Positions 1 to 8,443 of a stretch of 50,319 bases of DNA are shown here, one piece after another. Position numbers and translations under genes: made by a program. A model generated the notes under the pieces. It saw only the letters and a program-made list of their open reading frames with translations, did not search any database and was not told the DNA's origin. How positions within the stretch are numbered: position 1 is the first letter of the stretch; every line of letters starts with the position of its first letter. The stretch is from Candidatus Eiseniibacteriota bacterium (GTDB taxonomy: Bacteria > Orphanbacterota > Orphanbacteria > Orphanbacterales > Orphanbacteraceae), in assembly GCA_043809585.1 (NCBI GenBank), contig JBDROZ010000111.1:1-50319 (forward strand), read 5' to 3'.

Positions 1-164
1 AATCTCCTACTGCGATCTCGGATCGCCGCCTGCGAAGCCTCCTTTCCGTCGCCGCCTCCTCGACGTAGTGCATGACTACGCCTCCGGTGGCGGCTCGTCC
101 AAGTCAGCTTCTCGTCAGGCGATCCGAGCCCTCGTGACGGAGATTCATGCATAATCCAGGCTAG
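1..164. repeat. Long imperfect palindromic element (MITE/REP-like), truncated by the window edge
   Basis: Nested inverted repeats: aatctcc(1-7)/ggagatt(139-145), ctcggatcgcc(17-27)/ggcgatccgag(118-128), gaagc(34-38)/gcttc(107-111), gtcgccgcc(48-56)/ggtggcggc(86-94, G-U pairs), cgtagt(64-69)/actacg(75-80). Ends in CTAG at 161-164. Confidence 0.6.
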
Positions 165-179
165 GCCGTTGATTTTACG

Positions 180-207
180 TTGACAAATGAGCGCGGAGCC
201 CTAAAAT
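180..207 (+). promoter_or_regulatory. Sigma70-type promoter of the rplM operon
   Basis: TTGACA(180-185)-16 bp-TAAAAT(202-207) in an AT-rich patch upstream of rplM. Confidence 0.75.
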
Positions 208-269
208 ATAAGTTTTGACTCACAGAACGGCGCCCTGGGGCGCCCTTGGAGCAGGGGAGGTAGAAGACG

Positions 270-698
270 TTGAAAACCAAGATGTTCCGGCGGGAGGATG
301 TGGACCGGCATTGGCTCGTGATCGACGCCGAGAATCAGGTCCTTGGCCGATTGGCGTCGGCGGTGGCCGTGCGGCTCCGGGGAAAGCACTCGCCCCTCTA
401 CACGCCCCATGACGACGTGGGGGACCATGTCATCGTGGTGAACGCGGAAAAAGTCGCCGTCACCGGCCGGAAGGCGGAGCAGAAATCGTATCACGGGCAC
501 TCGGGATATTTCGGCGGCGTCAAGAAGACCGGCTTCGGCGAACGCATGAAACGCTCTCCCGAGTCGATCATCACCCTGGCCGTGCGCGGCATGCTGCCGA
601 AGAACCGCCTCGGCCGGAAACTCATCCGGAAACTGCACGTCTACAAGGGACCGAAACATCCCCACGAGGCCCAGGTCCCGGAATCGTGGATGCCGTAA
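270..698 (+). CDS. rplM: 50S ribosomal protein L13
   Basis: WLVIDAENQVLGRLAS, YTPHDDVGDHVIVVNA, VRGMLPKNRLGR motifs; TTG start after GGAGGT. Confidence 0.98.
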   Translation: MKTKMFRREDVDRHWLVIDAENQVLGRLASAVAVRLRGKHSPLYTPHDDVGDHVIVVNAEKVAVTGRKAEQKSYHGHSGYFGGVKKTGFGERMKRSPESIITLAVRGMLPKNRLGRKLIRKLHVYKGPKHPHEAQVPESWMP

Positions 699-725
699 CG
701 TCCCCGTGAAGAGAGGGGAGAGGGA

Positions 726-1133
726 GTGAAGAAGAACGTGGAGAGCACCGCCACAATCAGCGCCACGGGCCGAAGAAAGACGGCCACGGCGCGCGTCCGG
801 CTCGTGCCGGGCGAGGGAAAGCGGATCGTCAACGGCCGGGAGATGAAGGAGTACTTCCCCCGGGACACGCTGCACCGCGTCATCGAAGAGCCCTTCGACG
901 CCGTCGGCGGCGAAGCCCGGTTCGACGTGATCGCCACCGTCCACGGGGGCGGCCTCACGGGACAGGCCGGCGCGATCAAGCTCGGCATTTCGCGGGCCCT
1001 CGTCGAACTCGACGTGTCGCTGCGGAAGCCCCTCCGGAGCGCCGGACTCCTCACGCGGGACTCGCGGGCGAAGGAACGGAAAAAGTACGGGCTCGCCGGT
1101 GCACGCAAGCGATTCCAGTTCTCGAAGCGTTAG
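726..1133 (+). CDS. rpsI: 30S ribosomal protein S9
   Basis: [29 protein letters not shown]...QFSKR. Confidence 0.98.
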   Translation: MKKNVESTATISATGRRKTATARVRLVPGEGKRIVNGREMKEYFPRDTLHRVIEEPFDAVGGEARFDVIATVHGGGLTGQAGAIKLGISRALVELDVSLRKPLRSAGLLTRDSRAKERKKYGLAGARKRFQFSKR

Positions 1134-1154
1134 TCCGGCGCCAGGCGCCGAGAT

Positions 1155-1229
1155 CACACGCCGCCCGATTTCCCGCCCGGTGCCCTGAGGGGTGGGCGGA
1201 GAGAGGGGAAGGCGGCGGAGGCGAAAACC
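1155..1229 (+). promoter_or_regulatory. Structured rpsB 5' leader (putative S2 autoregulatory RNA)
   Basis: CACAC followed by stem cgccgcc(1159-1165)/ggcggcg(1211-1217), inner stem ccgccc(1173-1178)/gggcgg(1194-1199) enclosing GGTGC; directly upstream of rpsB. Confidence 0.55.
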
Positions 1230-1250
1230 AAAGCAGGAGGCGACGAACCC

Positions 1251-2000
1251 TTGACCGAAGTCACTTTGCAGGACCTTCTCGAAGCGGGGGTTCACTTCGG
1301 GCACCAGACCCGGCGGTGGAACCCCAAGATGAAGCCGTACATCTTCATCGAGCGGAACGGCATTTACATCCTCGATCTTCAGAAGACGCTCACCCTCATT
1401 CAGGAAGCGAAGCGCTCCGTCGAGCGGGTCATCCGATCCGGCCGCAGCGTCCTCTTCGTGGGGACCAAGCGGCAGGCGAAGGACGTCATCGCCGAGGAGG
1501 CCCGGCGCTGCGGCATGTATTATGTGAACGAGCGCTGGTTCGGCGGAATGCTCACGAACTTCCAGACCATCCGCAAACGCGCCGACTACTACGAGGATCT
1601 CCTCAAGATGCGGGACGAGGGGAAGTTCTCCCTCTTCTCGAAGAAGGAAGCCCTCGGCCTCGAGAAGAAGACCGTGAAGCTCGAGAAGGTCCTCAAGGGC
1701 GTGGTCGAGATGCGCGAACTTCCCGGGCTGCTCTTCGTCGTCGACACCAAGAAGGAGCATCTCGCGGTGAAAGAGGCGAACCGCCTCGGCATCCCCGTGG
1801 TGGCGATCGTGGACACCAACTCCGATCCCGATCCGATCGACCACCCGGTGCCCGCGAACGATGACGCCATCCGGTCGATCCGGCTGATCACGCAGGTCGT
1901 CACCGACACGATCCTCGAGGCGCGACAGCAGTTCGACAAGGAGAAGGGCGAGGCTCAAGCCGCGAAGAAAAAGCCCGCCGAGGCGGCGACCGAGGGCTAG
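1251..2000 (+). CDS. rpsB: 30S ribosomal protein S2
   Basis: LLEAGVHFGHQTRRWNPKM, GGMLTNF, DTNSDP, PANDDAIRSI; TTG start. Confidence 0.98.
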   Translation: MTEVTLQDLLEAGVHFGHQTRRWNPKMKPYIFIERNGIYILDLQKTLTLIQEAKRSVERVIRSGRSVLFVGTKRQAKDVIAEEARRCGMYYVNERWFGGMLTNFQTIRKRADYYEDLLKMRDEGKFSLFSKKEALGLEKKTVKLEKVLKGVVEMRELPGLLFVVDTKKEHLAVKEANRLGIPVVAIVDTNSDPDPIDHPVPANDDAIRSIRLITQVVTDTILEARQQFDKEKGEAQAAKKKPAEAATEG

Positions 2001-2074
2001 AACCCCCCGGCGGTCCTCGAACTCGGGAATCTGAGGACAACCCCGATCTACATCATACGGAGAGGAAACGAAGG

Positions 2075-2668
2075 ATGAGCATAAGCGCGGATCAGGTGAA
2101 AAAGCTGCGCGAACGGACCGGGGCCGGAATGATGGACTGCAAGAAGGCCCTCACCGAAATGAAGGGCGACATGGACAAGGCGGTGGACCACCTCCGGAAG
2201 ATCGGCGCCGCGACGGCGGCGAAGAAGGGAGGGCGCGCCACGAACGACGGCCTCGTCTACTCCTACATACACCCGGGCGGACGGGTCGGCGTGCTGCTCG
2301 AGGTGAACTGCGAGACCGATTTCGTCGCGCGCACCGGCGAATTCCAGACCCTGTGCAAGGACATCGCCATGCACGTCGCCGCCTCGTCGCCGGTGGCGGT
2401 CCGCCGGGAGGAGGTCGCCGAGGAGGTCGTCGCGAGCGAGCGGGCCATCTACGAGGCCCAGGCCGAGGCGTCGGGCAAGCCGGAGAAGGTCCGGGAGAAG
2501 ATGGTCGAGGGCCGGCTCGAGAAGTTCTTCGGCGAGAGCGTGCTCCTCGAGCAGCCGTTCATCAAGGAGCCGAAGCAGAAGGTGTCGGACGTGGTCGCCG
2601 CGGTGATCGGCAAGCTGGGCGAGAACATCACGGTCCGGCGCTTCGCCCGCTTCAGCCTCGGCGAGTAG
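2075..2668 (+). CDS. tsf: Translation elongation factor Ts (short, ~197 aa form)
   Basis: VKKLRERTGAGMMDCKKAL, EVNCETDFVAR, LLEQPFIK. Confidence 0.97.
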   Translation: MSISADQVKKLRERTGAGMMDCKKALTEMKGDMDKAVDHLRKIGAATAAKKGGRATNDGLVYSYIHPGGRVGVLLEVNCETDFVARTGEFQTLCKDIAMHVAASSPVAVRREEVAEEVVASERAIYEAQAEASGKPEKVREKMVEGRLEKFFGESVLLEQPFIKEPKQKVSDVVAAVIGKLGENITVRRFARFSLGE

Positions 2669-2683
2669 GCGGGGGGGGGAGTC

Positions 2684-3421
2684 TTGGGCGCACCATGCCG
2701 GCGGGTTCTTCTCAAGCTTTCGGGCGAATCCCTCGCGGGACCACAGAAGACCGGCGTCGACCGGGAGACCCTCGGGCGACTCGCGGACCAACTCCGGGAG
2801 GTGCACGCCGCCGGCATCGACCTCGGTCTCGTCGTCGGCGGGGGGAACATCTTCCGGGGGCTCCGCGGGACCGCGGAGGGGATGGATCGGGGCACCGCCG
2901 ACTACATGGGCATGCTCGCCACGATCATCAACGCCCTCGCCCTGCAGGACGCCCTCGAGCACCAGGGCATCGACACCCGGGTGATGACCGCGATCCGGGT
3001 GGACGCCGTCGCGGAACCGTACATTCGTCGAAAGGCGATCCGTCATCTCGAGAAGCGGCGGGCCGTGATCATGGCGGGAGGGACGGGTAACCCGTTCTTC
3101 ACCACCGACACGGCGGCCGCCCTCCGCGCCGCGGAGCTTCGTGCGGAGGCCCTCTGGAAGGCGACGCGGGTCGACGGGATCTACTCCTCCGACCCGGAAA
3201 GTGATCCAAGCGCCGTCTTTTTTGATACAATCACTTACATGGATTTCATCAACAAGGGTCTCAAGGTCATGGACTCGACCGCCGTCACCCTTTGCATGGA
3301 GAATTCCATCCCCATCGTGGTGTTCAACATGGAGAAGGAAGGGAATATGGTGCGCCTCGTGCGGGGGGAAAAGGTGGGGACCACGGTGAAGGAGGCGATC
3401 GGATGCCCGAAAAGCTCTTGA
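2684..3421 (+). CDS. pyrH: UMP kinase
   Basis: [35 protein letters not shown]. Confidence 0.97.
   Translation: MGAPCRRVLLKLSGESLAGPQKTGVDRETLGRLADQLREVHAAGIDLGLVVGGGNIFRGLRGTAEGMDRGTADYMGMLATIINALALQDALEHQGIDTRVMTAIRVDAVAEPYIRRKAIRHLEKRRAVIMAGGTGNPFFTTDTAAALRAAELRAEALWKATRVDGIYSSDPESDPSAVFFDTITYMDFINKGLKVMDSTAVTLCMENSIPIVVFNMEKEGNMVRLVRGEKVGTTVKEAIGCPKSS
3223..3231 (+). promoter_or_regulatory. Putative internal extended -10 promoter in pyrH, reading toward frr
   Basis: TGaTACAAT in an unusually AT-rich patch (tttttgatacaatcacttac) about 170 bp upstream of frr. Confidence 0.4.
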
Positions 3422-3960
3422 AGGAAACCGAGGAGCGGATGAAGAAGGCGGGGGAGAGCCTCTCCCGGGAACTGTCGGGAATCCGGACCGGAAAGGCGAA
3501 CCCGGGTCTCCTCGATCCGGTCAAGGTGGATTACTACGGGACGCCGACCCCCCTGAAGCAGCTCGCCAACATCGCCGCGCCGGAGCCGCGGCTCCTGGTG
3601 GTCCAGCCGTTCGACAAGAACGCCATACAGGAGATCGAGAAATCGATACGGAAGGCCGATCTCGGCCTGAATCCGTCGAGCGACGGGAACCTGATCCGTA
3701 TCCCCGTTCCGGCGCTCACCGAGGAGAGGCGGAGAGAGCTCGGGAAGACCGTGAAGAAGCTGGGCGAGAGCGCCAAGGTGGCGGTGAGGAACATCCGCCG
3801 GGACGCGAAGGACCATCTGAAGAAGATGGAGAAGGACGGCGCCGTTCCCGAAGACCAGTCGAAGCGGGAGCTGGACGAGATTCAGGACCTGACGGACCGG
3901 TACACGGAAGAGATCGACAAGATGGTCGCCCGCAAGGAAGCGGAGGTCATGGAGGTTTGA
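3403..3960 (+). CDS. frr: Ribosome recycling factor
   Basis: [37 protein letters not shown] 3403 after GGAGG. Confidence 0.97.
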   Translation: MPEKLLKETEERMKKAGESLSRELSGIRTGKANPGLLDPVKVDYYGTPTPLKQLANIAAPEPRLLVVQPFDKNAIQEIEKSIRKADLGLNPSSDGNLIRIPVPALTEERRRELGKTVKKLGESAKVAVRNIRRDAKDHLKKMEKDGAVPEDQSKRELDEIQDLTDRYTEEIDKMVARKEAEVMEV

Positions 3961-3999
3961 ACCTCCCCCCCCTGGGGGAATCGTCCCGGAGAGAAGCCG

Positions 4000-4776
4000 T
4001 TGAGCGACGAGAGGGCCCGAGAGGCCGAAGACCGGAAGGAAGAGATCCTCGCCCACGGGAACGTCCCCCGGCACGTGGCGGTCATCATGGACGGCAACGG
4101 GAGGTGGGCGGAGAATCGGGGGCTGCCCCGCATCGCCGGCCACCAGGCCGCGGTGGAGTCGGTCCGCTCCGTCGTGCGCGGGGCCGGGGAACTCGGCGTC
4201 GAGGTCCTCAGCCTCTTCACCTTTTCCATCGAGAACTGGTCCCGGCCGAAGGCGGAGGTGGCCGCCCTCATGGTGCTCCTGGAGGAGACGCTTCCCGCCG
4301 AGGTGCCCGAACTGAACGAGAGCCGGGTGCGCCTCCACGCGGTCGGCCGCATCGGGGACCTCCCCGAGTCGGTCCGGAGGGCCCTGGACGAAGCGAAAGC
4401 GGCCCTCGCCCACAACGACGGCCTCGACCTGATCCTGGCCCTCTCCTACGGCGGGCAGGCGGAGCTGGTCGACGCGGCGGCGGCTCTCGCCCGGGATGTG
4501 GCCGAAGGGCGTCTCCGCCCGGAAGAGATCGACGCGGAGCGGTTCCGGGAGAAGCTGTACACTCATCCCTTCCCGGCCCCGGACCTATTGATCCGGACGA
4601 GCGGCGAACGGCGGATCTCCAATTTCTACCTCTGGCAGTTGGCCTACGCGGAACTTGCGTTCACCCCGGTCCTTTGGCCGGACTTTCGAGCGGAGCACCT
4701 CTATCGTGCCATCCGGGATTACCAGAACCGGGAACGCCGCTTCGGCGGAGTCTCCTCCGCCGGAAAAGGGCGGTAG
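4000..4776 (+). CDS. uppS: Undecaprenyl diphosphate synthase (cis-prenyltransferase)
   Basis: HVAVIMDGNGRWA, FSIENWSRP, DLLIRTSGERRISNF, RRFGG. Confidence 0.96.
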   Translation: MSDERAREAEDRKEEILAHGNVPRHVAVIMDGNGRWAENRGLPRIAGHQAAVESVRSVVRGAGELGVEVLSLFTFSIENWSRPKAEVAALMVLLEETLPAEVPELNESRVRLHAVGRIGDLPESVRRALDEAKAALAHNDGLDLILALSYGGQAELVDAAAALARDVAEGRLRPEEIDAERFREKLYTHPFPAPDLLIRTSGERRISNFYLWQLAYAELAFTPVLWPDFRAEHLYRAIRDYQNRERRFGGVSSAGKGR

Positions 4777-4777
4777 A

Positions 4778-5617
4778 AAGCCCGGCGCGCTCCGCTTCCG
4801 GGTTCTCTCGGCGGTCCTTTTCCTTCCCCCCTTCGTCTTCATCACGAAGGTCGGCGACCTCCCCTTCTTCCTGCTCGTGCTGGCCATCGCACTTCTCGCG
4901 ACGGTGGAGTCGTACCGTCTCTTCCGATCCCGCGGAGTCTCTCCTCTTCTGCCGTTCGGGCTCCTCGCGGCGGTCGCCCTTCTCGTGATCCTCCGGGAGG
5001 GGCGGGCGGACCGGGCGTTCTTCTTCCTGGTGCTCTTCTTTCTGATCGCCCTCCTCTCGCTCCTCCCGCGAAAGGGGCCGGCCCCCTTCAGCAGGGTCGC
5101 CGGGGCGATGTTCATTCTGGTCTACGCGGCCGGTCTGCCAGGCTTCCTGGTGCTCCTCCGCGAGTTGCCTCGAACCGCTCTCTCTTCCTATGGTTATGGC
5201 GAGGGCGCTTCCTTCGTGTACCTGCTCTTCCTCACGGCGTGGGGATGCGACACCGGAGCCTATACGGTCGGGCGCCTCTTCGGGCGTCGCAAGCTCGCCC
5301 CGTCGATCAGCCCGAAAAAGACCGTGGAAGGGGCGGTCGGCGGCCTCCTGTTCGCCGTGGCGGGGGCCGTGGCGGCGAGGGCATTTCTCGTCGAGGGCCT
5401 CTCCCTAGCGGATGCGGCCTTTCTCGGAGTCGGGGCCGGTGTTCTCGGCCAGGCGGGGGATCTGGTGGAATCGGCGCTCAAGAGGGAGGCGGACGTGAAG
5501 GACTCGGCCCGTCTCATCCCGGGGCACGGCGGCGTGCTCGACCGGTTCGACAGCCTCTTCCTCGCGGCCCCCTTCGTGTACGGCTACCTCCGGTTCGCCC
5601 TCGGCGGAGGGTCCTGA
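4778..5617 (+). CDS. cdsA: Phosphatidate cytidylyltransferase (start codon unresolved)
   Basis: Hydrophobic protein with ISPKKTVEG, KREADVKDS, PGHGGVLDRFDS. No canonical start near the apparent N-terminus; nearest is TTG 4655 inside uppS. Confidence 0.92.
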   Translation, partial: KPGALRFRVLSAVLFLPPFVFITKVGDLPFFLLVLAIALLATVESYRLFRSRGVSPLLPFGLLAAVALLVILREGRADRAFFFLVLFFLIALLSLLPRKGPAPFSRVAGAMFILVYAAGLPGFLVLLRELPRTALSSYGYGEGASFVYLLFLTAWGCDTGAYTVGRLFGRRKLAPSISPKKTVEGAVGGLLFAVAGAVAARAFLVEGLSLADAAFLGVGAGVLGQAGDLVESALKREADVKDSARLIPGHGGVLDRFDSLFLAAPFVYGYLRFALGGGS

Positions 5618-5618
5618 G

Positions 5619-6782
5619 ATGAAGCGCCGGAAGATCGTGATCCTCGGTTCCACGGGGTCGATCGGAAAGAGCACGCTCCGGGTCGTCGACGAACATCCCG
5701 ACCGCTTCGAAGTCGCGGCCCTCGTCGCCGCCCGGGACGACGAAACTCTCGCAGCCCAGGCGGAGCGGTACCGTCCGGAGCGGCTCGCCCTCCGGGACGA
5801 GGCGGCGGCCGAGAGGCTCGCGAAGAAGACGGGGATCGCGGTCGCCGGAGGGGAGGAGGAGATCCTCGAACTCCTCCGGGCGCCGGGGGGTGACATCCTG
5901 GTGAACGCCGTGGTCGGCGCGGCCGGGCTCCGCCCGACCCTCGAAGGGATCGGGCGGTTCCGGCGGATCTGCCTCGCGAACAAGGAGAGCCTCGTCGCCG
6001 GCGGGGCGTTGGTCATGGAGCGGGCCCTCCGGGGAGGGACGGAGATCCTCCCCATCGACAGCGAGCACGTCGCGATTCACCAATGCCTCGGCGGCGGCGA
6101 AGCCCGCGGCGTCCGGCGGATCATCCTGACCGCCTCGGGGGGGCCCTTCCGGGGGAGGACCGCCGAGGAGCTCCGAAGCGTGACGGTCGAGGAGGCCCTC
6201 CGCCACCCGACCTGGAACATGGGGAGGAAGATCACCATCGACTCGGCAACGCTCATGAACAAGGGGCTCGAGGTGATCGAGGCGATGCACCTCTTCGGTC
6301 TGCCCGTGGAAAAGGTGGACGTGGTGGTCCACCCCCAGAGCGTGATCCATTCCCTCGTGGAGTTCGAGGACCGCTCCTATCTCGCCCAGCTCGGGGAGAC
6401 GGACATGCGCCACCCGATCCGCTACGCCCTCTGCTGGCCCGAACGCCCCGCCGTTCGCGAGGGGTTCGACCTGACCGCGGTCGGGGCGCTCACTTTCGAG
6501 GAGGCCGATGGGGGGAGTTTCCCCTGTCTCCGGATCGCCCGGGAGGCCGCGCGACGGGGGGGGACGGCGCCGGCCATTCTGAACGGGGCGAACGAGACGG
6601 CGGTCGGAGCCTTCTTGGCCGGCCGGATCCGGTTCTCGGACATTCCGAGAGTGATCGAGGGGGCCCTGGGCGAAGTGCCGGTCGTGGACCGCCCCGGCGA
6701 GGAAGACGTGTTCGCGGCGGACCGGGAAGCGAGGCGGGTCGCCGGCGAGGCGATCGGGGCCGGAAGGAGTACCAAGTGCTGA
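5619..6782 (+). CDS. dxr: 1-deoxy-D-xylulose 5-phosphate reductoisomerase
   Basis: LGSTGSIG, LANKESLV, PIDSEH, HPTWNMGRKITIDSATLMNKGLE. Confidence 0.97.
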   Translation: MKRRKIVILGSTGSIGKSTLRVVDEHPDRFEVAALVAARDDETLAAQAERYRPERLALRDEAAAERLAKKTGIAVAGGEEEILELLRAPGGDILVNAVVGAAGLRPTLEGIGRFRRICLANKESLVAGGALVMERALRGGTEILPIDSEHVAIHQCLGGGEARGVRRIILTASGGPFRGRTAEELRSVTVEEALRHPTWNMGRKITIDSATLMNKGLEVIEAMHLFGLPVEKVDVVVHPQSVIHSLVEFEDRSYLAQLGETDMRHPIRYALCWPERPAVREGFDLTAVGALTFEEADGGSFPCLRIAREAARRGGTAPAILNGANETAVGAFLAGRIRFSDIPRVIEGALGEVPVVDRPGEEDVFAADREARRVAGEAIGAGRSTKC

Positions 6783-8071
6783 CATCGATCGCCGCGCCCG
6801 TCTTCGTCATCGGCGTTCTCGTCCTCTTTCACGAGCTCGGCCACTTTCTCGTCGCGAAGCGGGCGGGAATCCGGGTCGAGACGTTTTCCATCGGCTTCGG
6901 CCCGGCCATCGCCTCCTTCGAGCGGGGCGGGACGGTCTACAAGATCTCGTGGGTCCCCTTCGGCGGGTACGTGAAGATGTCGGGCGAGGATCCGGACGAG
7001 GAGCAGGAGGGACCGGAGCCGTGGCGGTTCCACCGGAAGAGCGTTCCCATCCGGCTCGCCGTCATCCTCGCGGGGCCCGCGGCGAATTTCGTTCTCGCCG
7101 TCGCCGTCTACTCCTTGATCTTCGGTGTCTACGGAGTGGACACCATCGAGACGACGCGCGTCGGCCAGGTGCTCCCCGACACCCCGGCGGCCCGGGCGGG
7201 CCTGCTCGAGGGTGACGTCATCACCGAAGTGGACGGTGCGCCGGTTTCGGATTGGCGGGGCCTGGTGGAGGCGATCCGCGACGGCGGGGAGAAGGGGGCG
7301 GCCCTCGTCGTTCTCCGTGACGGGACGGAGCTCCCGATTCGACTCTCCCCGCGGGGCGATGAGGCCCTCGGATTCGCCCCCGAACTGGACGCCCGGGTCG
7401 GGGAGGTGTTCTCGGGCGGGCCCGCGGCGGAGGCCGGGCTCGAGCGGGGGGACCGGATCGTCGAGCTCTCGGGCGTCCCGATCGAGGGTTGGGACGATCT
7501 ACGGGAGACCCTGGAGCCCCTCGCGGGGGAGACCGTGGCGCTCCGGTACGAACGAGCGGGGGAGATTCGGGAGACCGTCGTCTCTCCGGAAGCGATCGAG
7601 GAAGAAGGAACGGACGGCGGAACGCGGACCGTCGGCCGCCTTCAGGTCGGCCAGTACACCGAACGGCGCCGGATCGGCCCGATCGCCGCTGTGAGGGAAG
7701 GCGTCCTCCAGACGGGCTGGGTGATCCGGAACGTGGTCGACTTCCTTCGCATCCTCGTCACGGGCCGGGCGACGGCGGACATGGTGGGCGGCCCCGTATC
7801 GATCTTCCACCTCTCCGGCGAGAGCGCCCGCCACGGTTTCGACACTCTTCTTTCGCTGCTCGCGTTTCTTTCGATCGAACTCGGAATGCTGAACCTCCTC
7901 CCCGTGCCGGTCCTTGACGGCGGGCATCTGGTCTTCCTGCTCATCGAGGGTGTGCGCCGCCGTCCGCTCTCGTTGAAGCAACGCGCCCTTCTTCAGCAGA
8001 TCGGGCTTCTCGTCATCCTGGGGTTGATGGTGACCGTCACGGTTCTCGACGTGGGGCGGCTGCTCGGCTAG
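6776..8071 (+). CDS. rseP: RIP metalloprotease RseP (two PDZ domains)
   Basis: HELGH, PFGGYVKM, AGPAANF, NLLPVPVLDGGH; GTG start overlapping the dxr stop. Confidence 0.95.
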   Translation: MLTSIAAPVFVIGVLVLFHELGHFLVAKRAGIRVETFSIGFGPAIASFERGGTVYKISWVPFGGYVKMSGEDPDEEQEGPEPWRFHRKSVPIRLAVILAGPAANFVLAVAVYSLIFGVYGVDTIETTRVGQVLPDTPAARAGLLEGDVITEVDGAPVSDWRGLVEAIRDGGEKGAALVVLRDGTELPIRLSPRGDEALGFAPELDARVGEVFSGGPAAEAGLERGDRIVELSGVPIEGWDDLRETLEPLAGETVALRYERAGEIRETVVSPEAIEEEGTDGGTRTVGRLQVGQYTERRRIGPIAAVREGVLQTGWVIRNVVDFLRILVTGRATADMVGGPVSIFHLSGESARHGFDTLLSLLAFLSIELGMLNLLPVPVLDGGHLVFLLIEGVRRRPLSLKQRALLQQIGLLVILGLMVTVTVLDVGRLLG

Positions 8072-8349
8072 GGAATCGTCTTCGCCAGGGAATCGAGGAC
8101 CTCCCGCCACCGGCCGGGGTCTTTTTCCATGCTCAGGACCATGAGGGACTCGACCCGGGCGGGTCCGCCGAAGAGGTCGATCCGGCTTCGGAGCGAGTCG
8201 AGGGCCGCTTCATCCGGCTCCGGTCCGGGGGCGCCGAGGGTGGCCAGCCGAAGGTAGATTCCTTCCAAGTCGCCCCGGTCCGGATCGGGTGAGGACCCGC
8301 ATCCCGCCGCCAGGGCGAGAGCGAGGAGAAGGGTGAAAAAGAGCCCCAT
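8068..8349 (-). CDS. Small hypothetical lipoprotein (93 aa)
   Basis: Hydrophobic signal with lipobox LAAG-C, GAGGG upstream of ATG, own candidate promoter; fills the gap between rseP and the Omp85 gene. Confidence 0.65.
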   Translation of the reverse strand: MGLFFTLLLALALAAGCGSSPDPDRGDLEGIYLRLATLGAPGPEPDEAALDSLRSRIDLFGGPARVESLMVLSMEKDPGRWREVLDSLAKTIP

Positions 8350-8386
8350 GGCATTCCCTCGGTTCCATTCGGGGTCGGGGTTGACT

Positions 8387-8415
8387 ATTATGGGGCTTTC
8401 GAGGGGGCGACTCAA
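8387..8415 (-). promoter_or_regulatory. Putative sigma70 promoter for the antisense lipoprotein gene
   Basis: Minus strand TTGAGT(8415-8410)-17 bp-CATAAT(8392-8387). Confidence 0.5.
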
Positions 8416-8443
8416 GGGGCCCATGCCGGCGCGGACACTCTCC

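Noticed and set aside
229-244. ggcgccc/gggcgcc hairpin in the rplM leader as an L13 regulatory RNA
   Set aside because: A single short GC-rich stem with a minimal loop; not enough evidence without covariance analysis
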